This document shows positions 12,682 to 26,384 of a DNA stretch of 64,000 nt, one piece after another (the stretch's first letter is position 1; every line of letters begins with the position of its first letter). Origin of the DNA: Mobula hypostoma (lineage: Eukaryota); contig NC_086109.1 of the NCBI RefSeq assembly GCF_963921235.1, forward strand, positions 14,200,001 through 14,264,000, written 5' to 3'. The translations under genes and the position numbers were made by a program. A model generated the notes under the pieces. The model did not search any database, was not told where the DNA came from, and saw only the letters and a list, made by a program, of their open reading frames with translations.

Positions 12682-13545
12682 CTGAAGCAAAGTAAAATCC
12701 AGTTTAGATCTCTTAATAATATAAATTCAGTAGCTAAAGCTGCCTAGTGGGATTAAAGCTAGTCTCTCGGAATTCACCATGATTGCCACCAAGTGGCTAT
12801 ATCCACAAAAGCAAAAGCTTGCCTTTGTTTAACTGCATATTGCTTAACTTGTTAGTCAGTTCTGTTTATAGTCATATCCACCAGGGTGCAATGAAGTTTC
12901 TTACGTGAAGCTCAGAGTGAAAATTATACATGGTAATATTGGTTGGGCTGCAGAATTTTTTTTTAAAATAGTTTAACTTTGCTTGAAATGCAAAAAGTGC
13001 TTGAATGTATTTTTACATAATCAGATATATGTGCATTTGTTCCTGTAGTTACAGTTGCCTCCATTTCACTGGAAACTTTTGTTTCAGTGACGGGTGTTGC
13101 ATTACTTGAATCTGATTAACTGATTATGATGACCAGATCACCATTGTCTTTCTCTCCTCCCTTGCCTCCCCTTTCTCAGCTCTTCTCCTTCGTCCTTTCC
13201 TTCTCCACATGCTTCTCCCTTCCTTTGTTTTTCTAACACTTAGGAAAACAATCGTAAGCAACAATTTTTATGCCTCGTTCTCAATTTCCAAAGAATCTTT
13301 GGATGGCGAAAGCATCAAGATATATATACATACATACATACATATACACACTTTACAGACTATTTCCACTATGGAATTAGACAAGTCACTATAACCAACA
13401 GGTTAAAAAGTCTTATTGTATGCAGTAAATTGATCTTCAGGAGCCTAGTTGATTTGGATAAACTATTGAGTTTCTCCCAAACTTGGACGAAGGGAGGGAG
13501 GGAGGAATGAACTCCGGCTAAATTATTGTATGATTGAATACACAC

Positions 13546-13686
13546 CTGGTGTTTTTGGCTTCTGGTGTGAACTCAGTGGAGACAAGAGCCATGTACTTGT
13601 GCATTTTCACCCAGAGGTTGGGTTTAGGAATGCAGCCATTGTGGGCATGAATAGAATGAATCCTTGCCAGTTCAGTTGCTATGAGC
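13546..13686 (-). CDS. ETNK2: Ethanolamine kinase, coding exon 3 (141 bp)
   Basis: Acceptor ctttgcag|GCTCAT and donor ACCAG|gtgtgt. Encodes (R)LIATELARIHSIHAHNGCIPKPNLWVKMHKYMALVSTEFTPEAKNT(R). Phase 2 in and out, in frame with exons 2 and 4. Confidence 0.92.
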
Positions 13687-16649
13687 CTGCAAAGTGGTAC
13701 AAAGAGCACAAGTTATTCAATCTATATCAAGAATAGTTTCAAGAAAGTCTTTCCCTTTCATCAAGGCATTGATGAACCAGGCTTAGAAACAGAGGCCTTT
13801 AAGATGCTCAGCCATTTGATAACATTATCTGTGCAGTAACTTCATGTATTCATCTTTGATCTATAAATATCCATCAAACTTAAATTGGCAACGTTCTTAG
13901 CCTGAAATATAGTTTGCAGAAGTTAGATAAACTGAAAAAAAGTTCTGATGAAGAGTCTGAGCCATGACAGATGCTTCCTCACTTGCTGAGGGTCGCTAGC
14001 ATTTTCTGCTTTTATCTGAAAATGCCAGCACTCGCAAACCTTTCGGCATTTTCCTGAATTATGCAAAGCTCTGATTACACAAACTCTGCTTCAGCTGCAA
14101 ACATAAAAGCCAGAATTTCATTAAAGCAGAAATCATCTCAAATTCCTTTCCACCAACACAATCACCTCTTCTCATCCGATACCACTTTAATCCTCTTCCC
14201 GATCTCTCTCCATCCATTCTTTTCTCATAACAAGAACTTACCTTGGATTTCCACTGTTTCTAGCTTTTCACCATTATGTATTTCCTTCTGTCTTTATATT
14301 TAAATTGGGTGGTCGTGTATTTGTCATAACTTTGGAAAATTAAAACCATTCGCTGATTTGTTAAATTCTTTATAACCTTATGCATCCAACCACATTACTT
14401 ACAATGCATTTTATTTTATGGTGCATTCTGATTCACTTAATTGAATTAATTGCAGGCTGCCCAGCACAATCCTTGCTCATTTGATTTGATGCAAACACAT
14501 TCCTCGGGTATGTTTCAAATGTACACATGAGATATAAATTTAATCTTCTTTTGATGTGATTCAAATGCAACACTGCTCAAGTGTAAGCATGTTATCCTTC
14601 TCATTTCATACAAGGAATCTGAGGCAGGATCTAATTAGAGACAGCCAACGTAGCTTTGTCAAAGGCAGGTCTTGTTTTCATTTTCTCTACAACAGAACAT
14701 TTTAGTCTGCAGTTATCGCTTTTCCCTTGTATTGTGTTAATGCGCTGATGAGATGAAAGGCATGCAAAACAATACTTCCAAAAGTACCTCAGTACACAAG
14801 GCAATAATAAACCCATTTCCAAACAATAGGTTGGTCATCTGACAACTCCAGACAAAAATCAAAGGCACGAGTTGAAAATCAAATCAGAAAAATTTTAACC
14901 AATAAGTGACAGCTAACATACCGTAGGTTTAAACGAAAACCTGTCTCAACATTGACTTCCAAATAATCCTTCATGGTGTTGTAACAGATTTGGAGAATTT
15001 TTATTCACTGCAAACATGCCTTGCTAAGCTACCCCATCCCCAGAGGCACAAAAATGAAAGACATCCCCAGTCAAGTGCTTGGTTGTTATACATTTAATGT
15101 TGGCAAGTTACCTGAATAACAGGCTTGCTAATGTATAGCCTGCTTACAGCCTTTAGTGCTCCCAAAGCACTACACATGGTATAGGAAACAATTTGATAGC
15201 AAGCTGTGCGACACTGACCTGCAAACCCCTGTTAATTTACAGACTTAAGGACCATGACATTAAGGGCAACCCAACCAGTCTTCAGAGTAATGGGATGAGA
15301 TGTTTGACAGGGATTTGATTTACCATCTCAAGGGAAAGGCAGAACATGCCCTCTTCACACTGATACTATCAGGATGGAGATACAAGCCTGAAAGCACACA
15401 CACAGCAATTCAGGAACAGCTTCTTCGTCTCTGCCATGGACACTGAACCCATGAACACCACCTCACTTCTTTATTTGTTATTTTGAGATTTTTTAATATA
15501 TATATATATATACACACACACACTTAATGTAACTTTTTCCCCCTCTATATTTAACTATCATGTATTTCATTGTACTGCTGCCATGAAGTTAAATTTGATG
15601 ACATATGCCGGTGATATTAAATCGGATTCTGATTCAACAGAGGGTCAATATTCCATTACATGAATGCCCTAGAACCTGCTCACGTTTTCAAAGTAGATGT
15701 TAAAGCAGAAGTTGCAGAAACAAGGTTGCCCAATTAAACTAGCTGACACTAACAAGGCTTTAGTAAATGACACGAGTATAATGATCAGTGGCATCTGGTT
15801 TTCTGCACTGCGCACATGTGCCTGAGGAAAAACTTCACATTTATTTGTGCCATTATTATCAATGAATCACTTCTGAAGAGCTGTTTTGAAGGTAAAGCCA
15901 GCATGGATTTCAGGTCCTATGAACAGTGACAAGACATATAAGCCTGTTGTGCTGGTGCCTGTTCACAGATAAGACTACAAAACCTGGGAGCAAAATTAGG
16001 CCATTCAGTCCATCAGCAAGATAAACAGCCAAAGGATTTCCTTTATCTTTTTCAAATAATGTAATGGACTGTTTCCCCAGACAAGCCGATGGGATTTCAG
16101 TCTTGTACATCTGAATAAAGGGCACTGTTCTAGCTCCACTACTTTCCTTAGCTCTGCACAGAACTGTTACTCTAGATTATGAACTCATCTTTGAACAGCA
16201 GCAAAAATTCATCTGTAGTGGTCCTACTGCACATCCCCTCCACCCAATTTCTGAACAAACTATGAAGACTACGTAAATTTTTTTGCATTTCTTAATTCCT
16301 CACTGTAACTTTTTATATTTTGCACTTTATTGTTGCCACAACGCAACAAGTTTCACAATGTATGAAAATGAGAATAAACCCAATTCTGAAATTCAGCACT
16401 TCAGTTTCAGAGGTGAATTAGCTACCCGAGTCAAATTGGAATGAGTACAAGGGAGCCAAAAGGCTAACAGTGACAATAAGTTTTTTGAAGACACCAAGCT
16501 GTGATGCAAAAATGCCTTACTGCAAAAACAAAAGTGAATCAATAATTTCCTAAGGGTTCTGGACTGATTTGTAAAGGGAAAATTCCATGAAGAAATACAA
16601 AGCCAATATGGAGTCATTCAGACAGCCCACTCCAACTAGGATGGGCCCC

Positions 16650-18485
16650 AACAACAACCTCCAATGCTGTAGAATTTTTCAATTTATGAAGTAAATAACT
16701 CCCAGCTATTAAATAGAGAATGGACCCTGGCGTTTGGTAATTTGTTGAAGCCATTGAGAGCAGAGCTGCCTAGGAGGTTAGGACGACAACACCAGCGGGG
16801 ATGATGGCAGATCAGAAATGGCTGAAGTTACTGGGAATAGTTCACAAGGCGCAGGATAGATGTGTCCCACTGAGGTAGTTCTCAATTGGCATTGGTAGGC
16901 AACTGTGGCTGCCAAAGGAAGTTAATTCTGCATAAAAGTCAAAGAAAGGGCATACAAAGTTCAAAAGAGAGTGGGAAGTTGGATGATTGGGAAGTTTTAA
17001 AAATCCAACAAAAAGCTACAGGAAGAGAAAAGATGTAATATGACTTCTGCTTTAACATCTACTTTGAAAGCAGGTTCTAGGGCATTCATGTAATGGAATA
17101 TTGACCCTCTGTTGAATCAGAATCCGATTTAATATCACCGGCATATGTCATCAAATTTAACTTCAAGGCAGCAGTACAATACAAAGCAGGATACAAAACA
17201 TTTTCTCAGTTATATAAATAATAAAAAGGGAGGCAAGAGTTGATATTGGACCACTGGAAAATGATGCTGGTGAGGTAGTAATGGGGGACAAAAAAAGAAT
17301 TAAAATGGCAGATGAACTTAATGGGTACTTTGCATCTGTCTTCACTGTGGAAGACACTAGCAATGTGCCAGTGGTCTGTGAGTGTCCGGGAGCAGGAGTG
17401 AGTGCCATTGCTATTACAAATGAAGAAGTGCTAGGCAAACTCAAAGGTCTTAAGGTAAATAAGTCACTTGGCCCAGATAGACTACGTCATAGAGTCCTAA
17501 GAGAGGTTGCTGAAGAGACAATGGATGCTTTGGGCATGATCTTTCAAGAATCACTTGATTCTGGCATGGTCATGGAGGATTAGAAAATTGCAAATGTCAC
17601 TCCACTCTTTAAGGAGGAAAGAAGGCAAAAGAAAAGAAATGATAGGCCAGTTAGTCTAAGCTCAGTGGCTGGGAAAGTGTTGGAGTCTATTCTTAAGGAT
17701 GAGGTTGAGGTACTTGGAGACTAATGACAAAATAAGACAAAGTCAGCACAGTTTCTGTAAAGAAAAATCTTGCCTGACAAACTGTTGGAGTTCTTCGAGG
17801 AAGTAACAAGCAGGGTGGACAAAGGGGAGACAGTTGACGTCATTTATTTCTATTTTCAGGTGGTGTTTGATAAGGAGCCACATGAGGCTACACGAGATAA
17901 TGCTGAGCCTTTATAAGACACTAGTCAGGCTGCACTTGGAGTATTGTCAACAGTTTTGCGTCCCATATCTCAGAAAAGATGTATTGTCATTGGAGAGTCC
18001 AAAGGAGGTTCACGAGGATGATTTCTGGAATGAAGGGGTTAACAGACGAGCAGCATTTGGCAGCTTTCGGCCTGTACACACTGGAATAAAGAAGAATGCG
18101 GGGAGGTGGGGGAGGATCACATTGAAATCTGCTGAATGTTGAAAGGACTAGATAGGGTGGATGTGGAGAGGATGTTTCCTACTGTCAGGTTGTCCAGAAC
18201 TAGAGGGCACAGCCTCAAAATTTGAGTGGTGAACTTTTAGGATGGCAGTAAGGAGGAATTTTTTTAGTCTTTGAGTAGTAAATCTGTGGAATGCTCTGTC
18301 ACAGACTGCGGTGGAGGATTTAAGGCAGAAGTCGATCGTTTCCTGATTGGTTGGGGCATCAAAGAATATAGTGAGAAGGCAGGTGTATGGGGTTGAGTGG
18401 GATCAGAGATCAGCCACGATGGAATGGAAGAGCAGACTCGATGGGCTGAATGGCCTAGTTCTGCTCCTATGTTTTATGGCTTTAA
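16650..18485 (+). mobile_element. Decayed CR1 LINE with an internal deletion and a foreign 138-bp insert
   Basis: ORF 17281-17583 (ADELNGYFASVFTVED...KLKGLKVNKSLGPD). At about 17890 it jumps from HMRL directly to EIMLSLYKTLVRLHLEYC, skipping the RT core. 3' UTR gactcgatgggctgaatggcct is present. Confidence 0.85.
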
Positions 18486-18519
18486 CATACAAGTAAGAGA
18501 AAGTTATTCAACTTGAACA

Positions 18520-18845
18520 AAATCAACAGGTGTAAAGCTACATGGGTGCATCTATGGAAAAAAGAGTAAACAGTCAATGTTTCTGGCCAAGATGTTTCAT
18601 CGGGACTGGAAAGGAAGGGGAGAAATCAGAATAAGAAGTGGGGATAGGGGTGGAAATAGTACAAGATGGCAGTTGATAAATGAAAGAGAGAGGGGGACAG
18701 GTGAAGTAAAGAGCTGGGAATTTGATTGCTGAAAGAGACAAGGGCTAGAGAAGAGGGAATCTGACAGAATACAGAAGACCATGGAAGAAAGAGAAGGGGA
18801 AAAGCACCAGAGGGAGATGACGGGCAGGTAAGAGAAGGCAAGATC
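18520..18845 (-). mobile_element. Penelope-like pseudo-LTR fragment
   Basis: Minus strand cagtc-CCGATGA-aacatcttggcca-GAAA-catt-gactg plus the purine-rich UTR shared with the other PLE copies. Confidence 0.7.
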
Positions 18846-21059
18846 TTACACCTTATTGTGTGCCTGTACTGCACCTTCTCCGTAGCTGTTATATTTTATT
18901 CTTCACTGTTATTCCTTTACCTTCTACTGCCTCAATGCACTATGTAATGATCTGATCTTGGTACATGTGACAATAATAAACCAGAGGTTCTCAAGAGCTT
19001 GAAACTGCTCAGTCTTAAGAGGAGATCCTTTGCATTTTCCAGATGTCCCTGTTAGTCTAAGCAAATATTAAACAGAAGACATTACAAGCCCCAGAAACAA
19101 AGTGTTCAAACTTCAGGAGTGAGGTATCTTGACAATTTATGTCCATTTGTTTTAAGTAGAGAGTTGCAAGGAACAATCTGTCCAGGTAGGTGGATGTGGG
19201 CTGAGGTTTAAAAACTGAATGATCATTCAAGCTGTAGTCAAAGTATACACCATTTTGGCCAGATGCAGAATCGGTAATCATGCTCTGCCCACCTGGGAAT
19301 ACAAACAAAAATGACATGACTTCTATATGATAAATTATTAAAATTGGTAATTTTGGTTTATTACTTTCACATGCACTGGGATAAAGCTCATCTTGCATGC
19401 TCTTTATAGAAATAAAATTATTACACAGTGCAAGCTCTCAACAAGGAAGATGGTAAGGTTACCTGACAAGAGTCAATAGTCTTATAACAGCAAGCAAGAA
19501 GCTGCCCTTGAGGCTGGCGATACATGCTTTCAGGCTTTTGTATCTTTTGCCCAATGAGATTTTTTTTGGTGGGGGGGGCGAGAAACAGGTGCCCCAGTCC
19601 CCCAGAAAGCCACTGCTCAAGCATTATCAAAGTTTTACATCCCTCCAGGATATTCATCATAAGATGCAAGATCAACCCCTTGTGCTGAGACCACACTCTA
19701 GACAGTCTAGCCTATTAATTCTTCTCAGAGTGGACATGCAAATAACATCACCTCAACTATTGCGCTTGGCTGATTCGCTACTTAATCTTCTCATCCCAAT
19801 AATCTATCTTGCCAAGTCAGGTCGCCATGTCAGAATTTCTTTAACTTTGCATACTAAACTCCTTGCAATGAAAGGCACATCATTTGCCTTCCAAATTACT
19901 TGCTTTACCTACATGGTGAACGTTGATACAAAAGCCTAAGGAATGCATTACCAGAGTTAAATTCATGCTCACAAAAACATCTCTTTCCCGACAGCCTTTC
20001 TGGAAAGATGATGATTTACCTCCATTAGTTTTGTGGCAAATGAGGGAACTTCAGACTCCTTCTGAGATGGGGCACAAGTGTCTCATATAGTGGGCCGGTG
20101 CGTGGTTGCATGTGGTGCTCTCCTTCTGTTGCAAACTCTGGGTTTCTGCATGCTCCTGATACATGGCCACAAGGCTCTCAATAACTTTCACAGAGCACCT
20201 TTTCTATTAGAAAAACCACGAGCCACAGATTTCTAAGAGTCTGCGTGAATATTGACTTTAAGGAAATTTTGAACTTATCTGTGAATACTTTACTTTGATG
20301 GTCTTGTAATCTCCTCTGACAACTGAGCCTATATTTTGGGACTCTTGACTTTATCCATAGAATGATGGGGTCTGCTGGATATAGTCAAAAGAAAACTGTA
20401 GTCTCTAGTAATACACGTGCTGTCCGGGGGAAACACAATGACAAAATAGAAAAACTGTGATTATGATGATGAGGAAGATGATGCAGGACCACACACAGAC
20501 TAATGTGCACAATATTGAAATTACTTAAATATGTAAGTGCATTGAAAGTTTAGAGAAGGCTTACTAGACTAATATTTGGAATGGGCAGGTTACCTCAAGA
20601 GTAAAGTTTGAATAGACTGGCTGTTATCCATTGTTCTTAGAGGAGAATTGATTGAGACAAGAATCTGCAGGGCATTCAGAGTGGACAGAGAATGGACATC
20701 ACTGATAACAAATAACAAGTCACCCATTTAACGTAGAGGTGGTGAAATTTTCTCTGAACCTCGAAAGAATTGTGGAAGAGTCTGAATATTTTAAACAGGG
20801 ATTGAAAAATTACTGGGTGTAGGCAAGTATATGGAATCAAGGGTTATAATCAGGTTAGCACAATTGTATTGAGTATTTCCATAATTAATTCATATATTAA
20901 TGTGCTTCTCCAGGCTGGAGAGCTGGGAACCAGAGGTCAGGAAGGCATGGGCTCAATTCAGTTTCGATTGGGTTCAGGAAGAAGTTTTCACTTTCAGGTA
21001 GTGAAACTTTGAATTCTCAGTAGCAGAAAATTTAGAATATTCAATTAATTATATTCCTC

Positions 21060-21245
21060 AGGGCAGCACAGTAACAAAGCGGTTAGCATAATGCGATTAC
21101 AGCACGAACAATCTGGGTTGAATTCCGCTGCCGCTTGTAAAGAGTTTGTATGTTGTCCCCATGACTTTCTCAGGATGCTCCAGTTTCCATCTACATTTCA
21201 AAGATGTATGGGTTGGTTGGTTAATTGGTCACATGGATGGTGCAA
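21060..21245 (+). mobile_element. tRNA-derived V-SINE (HE1-like)
   Basis: A-box and B-box-like head (ggcagcacagta..agcggttagc; gggttgaattcc) and a V-domain-like core (gagtttgtatgttgtcccc...ctccagtttcc). Related copies at about 11168, 39795, 43965 and 51200. Confidence 0.65.
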
Positions 21246-24200
21246 GCTCTTTGGCTCAAATCAAGGTGTTAAGAGATAAGATCAAAAAACTCAGTCAACA
21301 AAATTGGCCATAATCACATTGGAAAGCAGAGCAAGCTCAGGGAATCTCGTTCCCATCCCCCTTTAGATGTTGACTACCCAGAATTACCATACAAGATCAA
21401 TTTTCCTCCTTCCCTCCCCTCAGAATTGTCAACCACTCCCTATCTAGCCCTGTTTTGCAGCATTGACTGACACGAACAGTACCACCAACACCCAACTCTC
21501 CACTCAATCACATTCTTTCTGATCAGGTATTTATCCATTATAATCTTGCTCAAATCCTGCAAGCCACATTGTACTTGCTCTTTTCCTTCGCAATTTCTAC
21601 TCCAAATAGTGTACTTTCGAGGCCTGTGATCTCTGCTGGAGCGTTCCTCGTCCGACAGGGCACAAGGCTTTCACAATCAGGCCGGCCTCCCAATGGGGAG
21701 CCTGTCAAAATAAACAAACACACATTCTGTGGACAGTCATTAAAACTGAACAACACTGCACAATATTCCAGGAAAGCTGGAAATATCAGAAATCCACCAG
21801 CTCCTTGGAAACCCCACGTGAGTTAATGCCAGAGCCACTGAACCTACCAACCTCATCGCTAGTGGAGGAATATATCATTTTGTTACCACACTTCCCCAGC
21901 TCCTGTTCTCAGATAAATCAATTGACTTCTGCTGCTCAAGTCTCCTATTCAAAACAAAATCACAAATTCAAATTTCATAAGGTTATGGGGGTGGAGGTTG
22001 TCTTCTGCCAGCCCCTCCAACTCTCAAACACACTCACACTGGTCACTGTTCATCTTCCATTGCTGCTCACTGACATTTATACTACTGTTTGTTTTATTGT
22101 AAGAGTAGAATGTCACTAGAACTGTCTTACATAAACAGGCACCTTGCAATTTATGTTAACCTGCCAGACTTCAAGCAATGCCACTCAGGGAATTGTGTTA
22201 ATATTATTTTGTGACTGAATGTGGTGGATCGCAACTATATGTACTGTATTTTGCACCTTGGCCCCAGCAGAACAATATCTCGTTTAGCTGTATACATGTG
22301 CGGTTGACTGACAATGAACTTGAACACCTTATTTCTCCCCTTGAAACTTACAAGTCTGCTGATAACGTCATAAAGCTTTGGAACTTTACAACTGTAAAAG
22401 TGGAACTATAATCCCCCAATGCTCACTTTCACCTTTAAGATTACACCATGTTATAGCAAAGTGGGAGTTGCCAGTGGGCACTCAGCTCCACAACCTTTGT
22501 TACAATGAAGGCTGGAGCAAACAAGCACTGGTCAAATTATAACACAAAATGGTAACTTTTTCGATAGGAATATCTTACAAAGATTAAAGGGTTAGGGACA
22601 ATTGGTACATGATGCTATAAATGCATAATCCTATCTGTAAGAAATTAAGGATGCAATTGCCAAGTTTATTTGCTTTCAGTAATTTTATGAAAAGTGATTT
22701 GACAATGTTAGATCCCACCAATTGAACACCCTCTCATATCTCCACCCAGTTTCAGTATTCTATTAAATCTCTGTAATACTGCTGCTGTGAAGGCTTCCTA
22801 CTGTGCAGTGATGTGGCCGGAACTGACACCATCATTAGAAATGCTGCTTGACTGCTGGCCAGAATGACAACAATATAAAGCACTGTGGGAAAGCAGGCTT
22901 CCAAACCTTATAATACACCTATTCACATCCACTGTTCATGATACAGCCAAGGATTAATGTTAGTTTCCAGGGATCAGAGATCATGGATAGAATGCCCCAG
23001 TGCAATTCTTAAACAATAATTCAATCAGAATCGGATTTATTAGTTAAGGAAAACTCAATTAACAAACTGAGGTTAAAAGTAGTTACCACAAGGAAATCTG
23101 CAGATGCTGGAGAGTTATATAAATATTATAGATGAGGGAAAAGACCAAATAAACAGGGCCTCTGGGAACATATCCAAACATTTCTGACAACCCTTCTTAA
23201 TGGAAGAGAAGGGTAGCTAAATGAGGAAATATAAAGAAAGCCCTGGAGGATAACACTTCACACATGAAGGCCAACGGACTGCTGAATGTATCAAAAAAAT
23301 GAACTTTCCTTCCCAGAAAAATCTCTGACATCATGACCTAAGAGAGAGTGAGCAATGGAGTCACAAAGCACTACAGCACAGAAACAGGCCCTTAGCTAGT
23401 GTCCATGCCAAAATGTTATTCTGTCTAGTCCCATAGATCCACAACTGGACAATAGCCCTCCATACTCCACCTGTCCATGTACTTATCCAAACTCCTCTTA
23501 AATGTCAAAATAGAACTCACATCCACCATTTCCTCTATTTAGCAACACTGAGAAGTCTCTAAACTTGGAGTATTACTTGTTAAAGGAGATTCTGTAATCT
23601 AAAATGTGGCCATTTTCTTAGCAAGGCATAGTGCCATGCTGGGGGGCGGGGGGGGGGGTGACAAACAGTCGTCCATTTTGTTGCAAGGTTTGGTTCTGCC
23701 TTTCATTTCTTCCCCCTTCCTTGTTTTATCTGAAATTTGGCTAAGGGTTTATGGTCTAGATGGAGGTCATGGGCCAAGGCTAAATAATGGTTCAGCATGG
23801 ACTACATGGGCCATAGGTCCTGTTTCTATGCTGTAGTGCTCTGTAGCTCACTCCCTCCTGGGTTGTTGGCTAGTTTGGCCAAATTGTTTGAAGAGTAAAT
23901 AGCTGACAAGTGAAAGGAACATTTTATTTCTGAGAGAAGTATTCAGAAGATGATTGGAATAATTCTCCAAAAAGCTAAATGTTGTTCCAGACATTCAGTT
24001 TGCAACCTGTTTTCCATTGCTCAACAGATCAAAAAAAAGAAGAAAATCCATGTCCAGGGCCTGCTTTTCAACTTGCAATCCTACAGTGTGAAACCAGGTA
24101 GCCAACAGAAACCTCCTGTAGAAATGAAAGTTTAGGAGAATAGTGAGTTATTTAGTCTCCCAATATTCCAAACGAGTTAGGTGCTTGGGCCTTTAGGAAG

Positions 24201-25977
24201 TTGTTGGCACCCAGCCAGGTATGATGGCTCATGGTGGAATGCAGATGGGTTTACTGAAATACTTCCCAACATATTCAATAAAACTATAAGAGCACAATTA
24301 GGCCATTCTGCCCATTCAGTCTGGCTATGATGGAAAAGTGGAGCAATTTATAATCCCTCTCAACCCCATTCACTTGCCTTCTCCCTGTAACCTTTGATAC
24401 CCTTACTAAATCAACCTTAGTGTTAAACATACACAATGACTTGGCCTCTATTAACCTGCAAACCAACAATCCAAAGGGATAAATGGGATTGCACCAGTTG
24501 GAGGATGACAGCTGACCTGATAGAGGTGTACAAAGATAATGAGAGGCACTGATCGTGTGGATAGTCAGAAGCTTTTTCCCCCGGGGTGAAATGGCTAACA
24601 CGAGAGGGCACAGTTTTAAGGTGCTTGGAAGTTGGTACAGAGGAAATGTCATGGGCAAGTTTTTTTTACGCAGAGAGTGGTGAGTGTGTGGAATGGGCCG
24701 CCAGCGATGGTGGTGGAGGCAGATACAATAGGGTCTTTTAAGAGGCTCCTGGATAGGTACATGGAGCTTAAAAAATAGAGGGCTATGGGTAACCTTAGGT
24801 AATTTCTAAGTATATGTTCGGCACAGCATTGTGGGCTGAAGGGCCTGTATTGCGCAGTGGACTTTCTAGGTTTCAGTCAAGCAGCAAGTGGTTTTCCGGT
24901 CTCATTGAGCTTGGTAATCCCTAGAAGTGCTCAACTCCAAAACACATTGGCAGACACTCCATATGCAGATCAACAAATACATTCATTACTAAGCCAAAAC
25001 AAATCCAGGCATAATACTTCATACCAAGTGGGATATTCTCATACCACGGAAGCAGTGATATGGTAGAGATATGGAAAAACAGACAGCATGAAAGTGCAAG
25101 TTTCTCAAACTAGAGACCACTCCCCTCCTATAAATTTCCCCCAACCACCTTAAAATTATGCTCTCATATTAGCCATTTCTTCCCAGGGAAAAAGTCTCCA
25201 GCAATCTACTCGATCTCTGCCTCTTATCTTGTACACCTCCATCAAGTCACTTGATTTGAGTTCTTCCCCCCCACCCCCATCTAGAAGGTGAATGAAATCT
25301 GGAAGGTATTACCTGCCTCTTCCACCCCACCAAGTAATCTCAAAATATTGTGGTCCCTAGACAAGTTCCTGAAATACCATGCTATATGTAGCAGGGTATG
25401 GATCATGTGGCACAAATGGAATTATAATGGATAGACAAAACAATAGTGTAGTCTAATCAGTTCACCTCTGCACTTTCTTCCACTTTAAACTGGAAGCCGC
25501 AACTAGCTGCCACTGACAACGCAAGAATCAAGAACTCAACCAAGCTAATAGAATTCATGTCTGCCCCAACGAATTAAAAACATGGGCAGCATGAACAAAT
25601 TGAAAACAGCTCAAAATGATTGTAAGGCAGCATTTTGGAAATGTATACTGGAAATTCAGATGAACCATCCACAACTTCGTTTAAGCCATTTACATTTCCA
25701 GTTCAAAATATGGATATTTATGAAGCAGAACTTGGGAAGTCATCTCCAAACTGAAATTTGCATTCAAGTAAAATAGAGACTGCATTGGCATCTTCTAATC
25801 CAATTAATTTCAATGGTGATATTACTGATTTATATCTTTCATCAACTACTTAAAAAGGTTCAATTACAGAAGAACAAAACTAACTAGAAACTAGCCCCCA
25901 TCAATATAGCCATTGGCTCTTTGTGCAGTTCATGCAGCAATAACCATTTATCTTTAAGGTTGAGTAAATTTTGGTAC

Positions 25978-26237
25978 CTGAACAGGGCTGGTTCTCGCAC
26001 ATGCTGTGGACCTAGTGCTATTCCATGCATGAACTCATAACAGAGGCCGTTCTGGAAGGTGCAGTAGAGCTTTGGGGCACAACCATTGGCATGTAGGACC
26101 TGAAAGCTCTTCAGTTCGTTGTCCCGATCCACAAACAGCTCAGTCTTGTTCCCGTAAACTCTCACCAGGACAACATCTTCCATACTGTTCCCCACATAGC
26201 AGCCAACTAGTTTGTTTGTGATTCCATCTGTAAATAA
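25978..26237 (-). CDS. ETNK2: Ethanolamine kinase, coding exon 2 (260 bp)
   Basis: Acceptor ttcttgcag|TTATTT and donor TTCAG|gtacca. Encodes LFTDGITNKLVGCYVGNSMEDVVLVRVYGNKTELFVDRDNELKSFQVLHANGCAPKLYCTFQNGLCYEFMHGIALGPQHVREPALF(R). APKLYCTFQNG and REP are ETNK2-type residues. Phase 0 in, phase 2 out. Confidence 0.93.
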
Positions 26238-26384
26238 CTGCAAGAAACAGTTCTCATTACTCACACATCTGATGGTACAATGCTGCTGCAATATCTTATC
26301 AGTGAATTGAATGGAGTCAAATTTTAATGACAAACCTTGATCAGAGTAATGCCAGCATTCTGCCAGAATGATACAGCTTTCTCA

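Noticed and set aside
20008..20065. C/D box snoRNA (ATGATGA...CTGA)
   Set aside because: It is antisense to the host gene, short, has no terminal stem and has no recognisable guide.
21060..21135. tRNA gene
   Set aside because: The pol III boxes are degenerate, there is no cloverleaf, and the sequence runs into a SINE core.
25884..26333. 149-aa ORF as a standalone gene
   Set aside because: Only 25978-26237 is kinase-like and bounded by splice sites; the rest is intron read-through.
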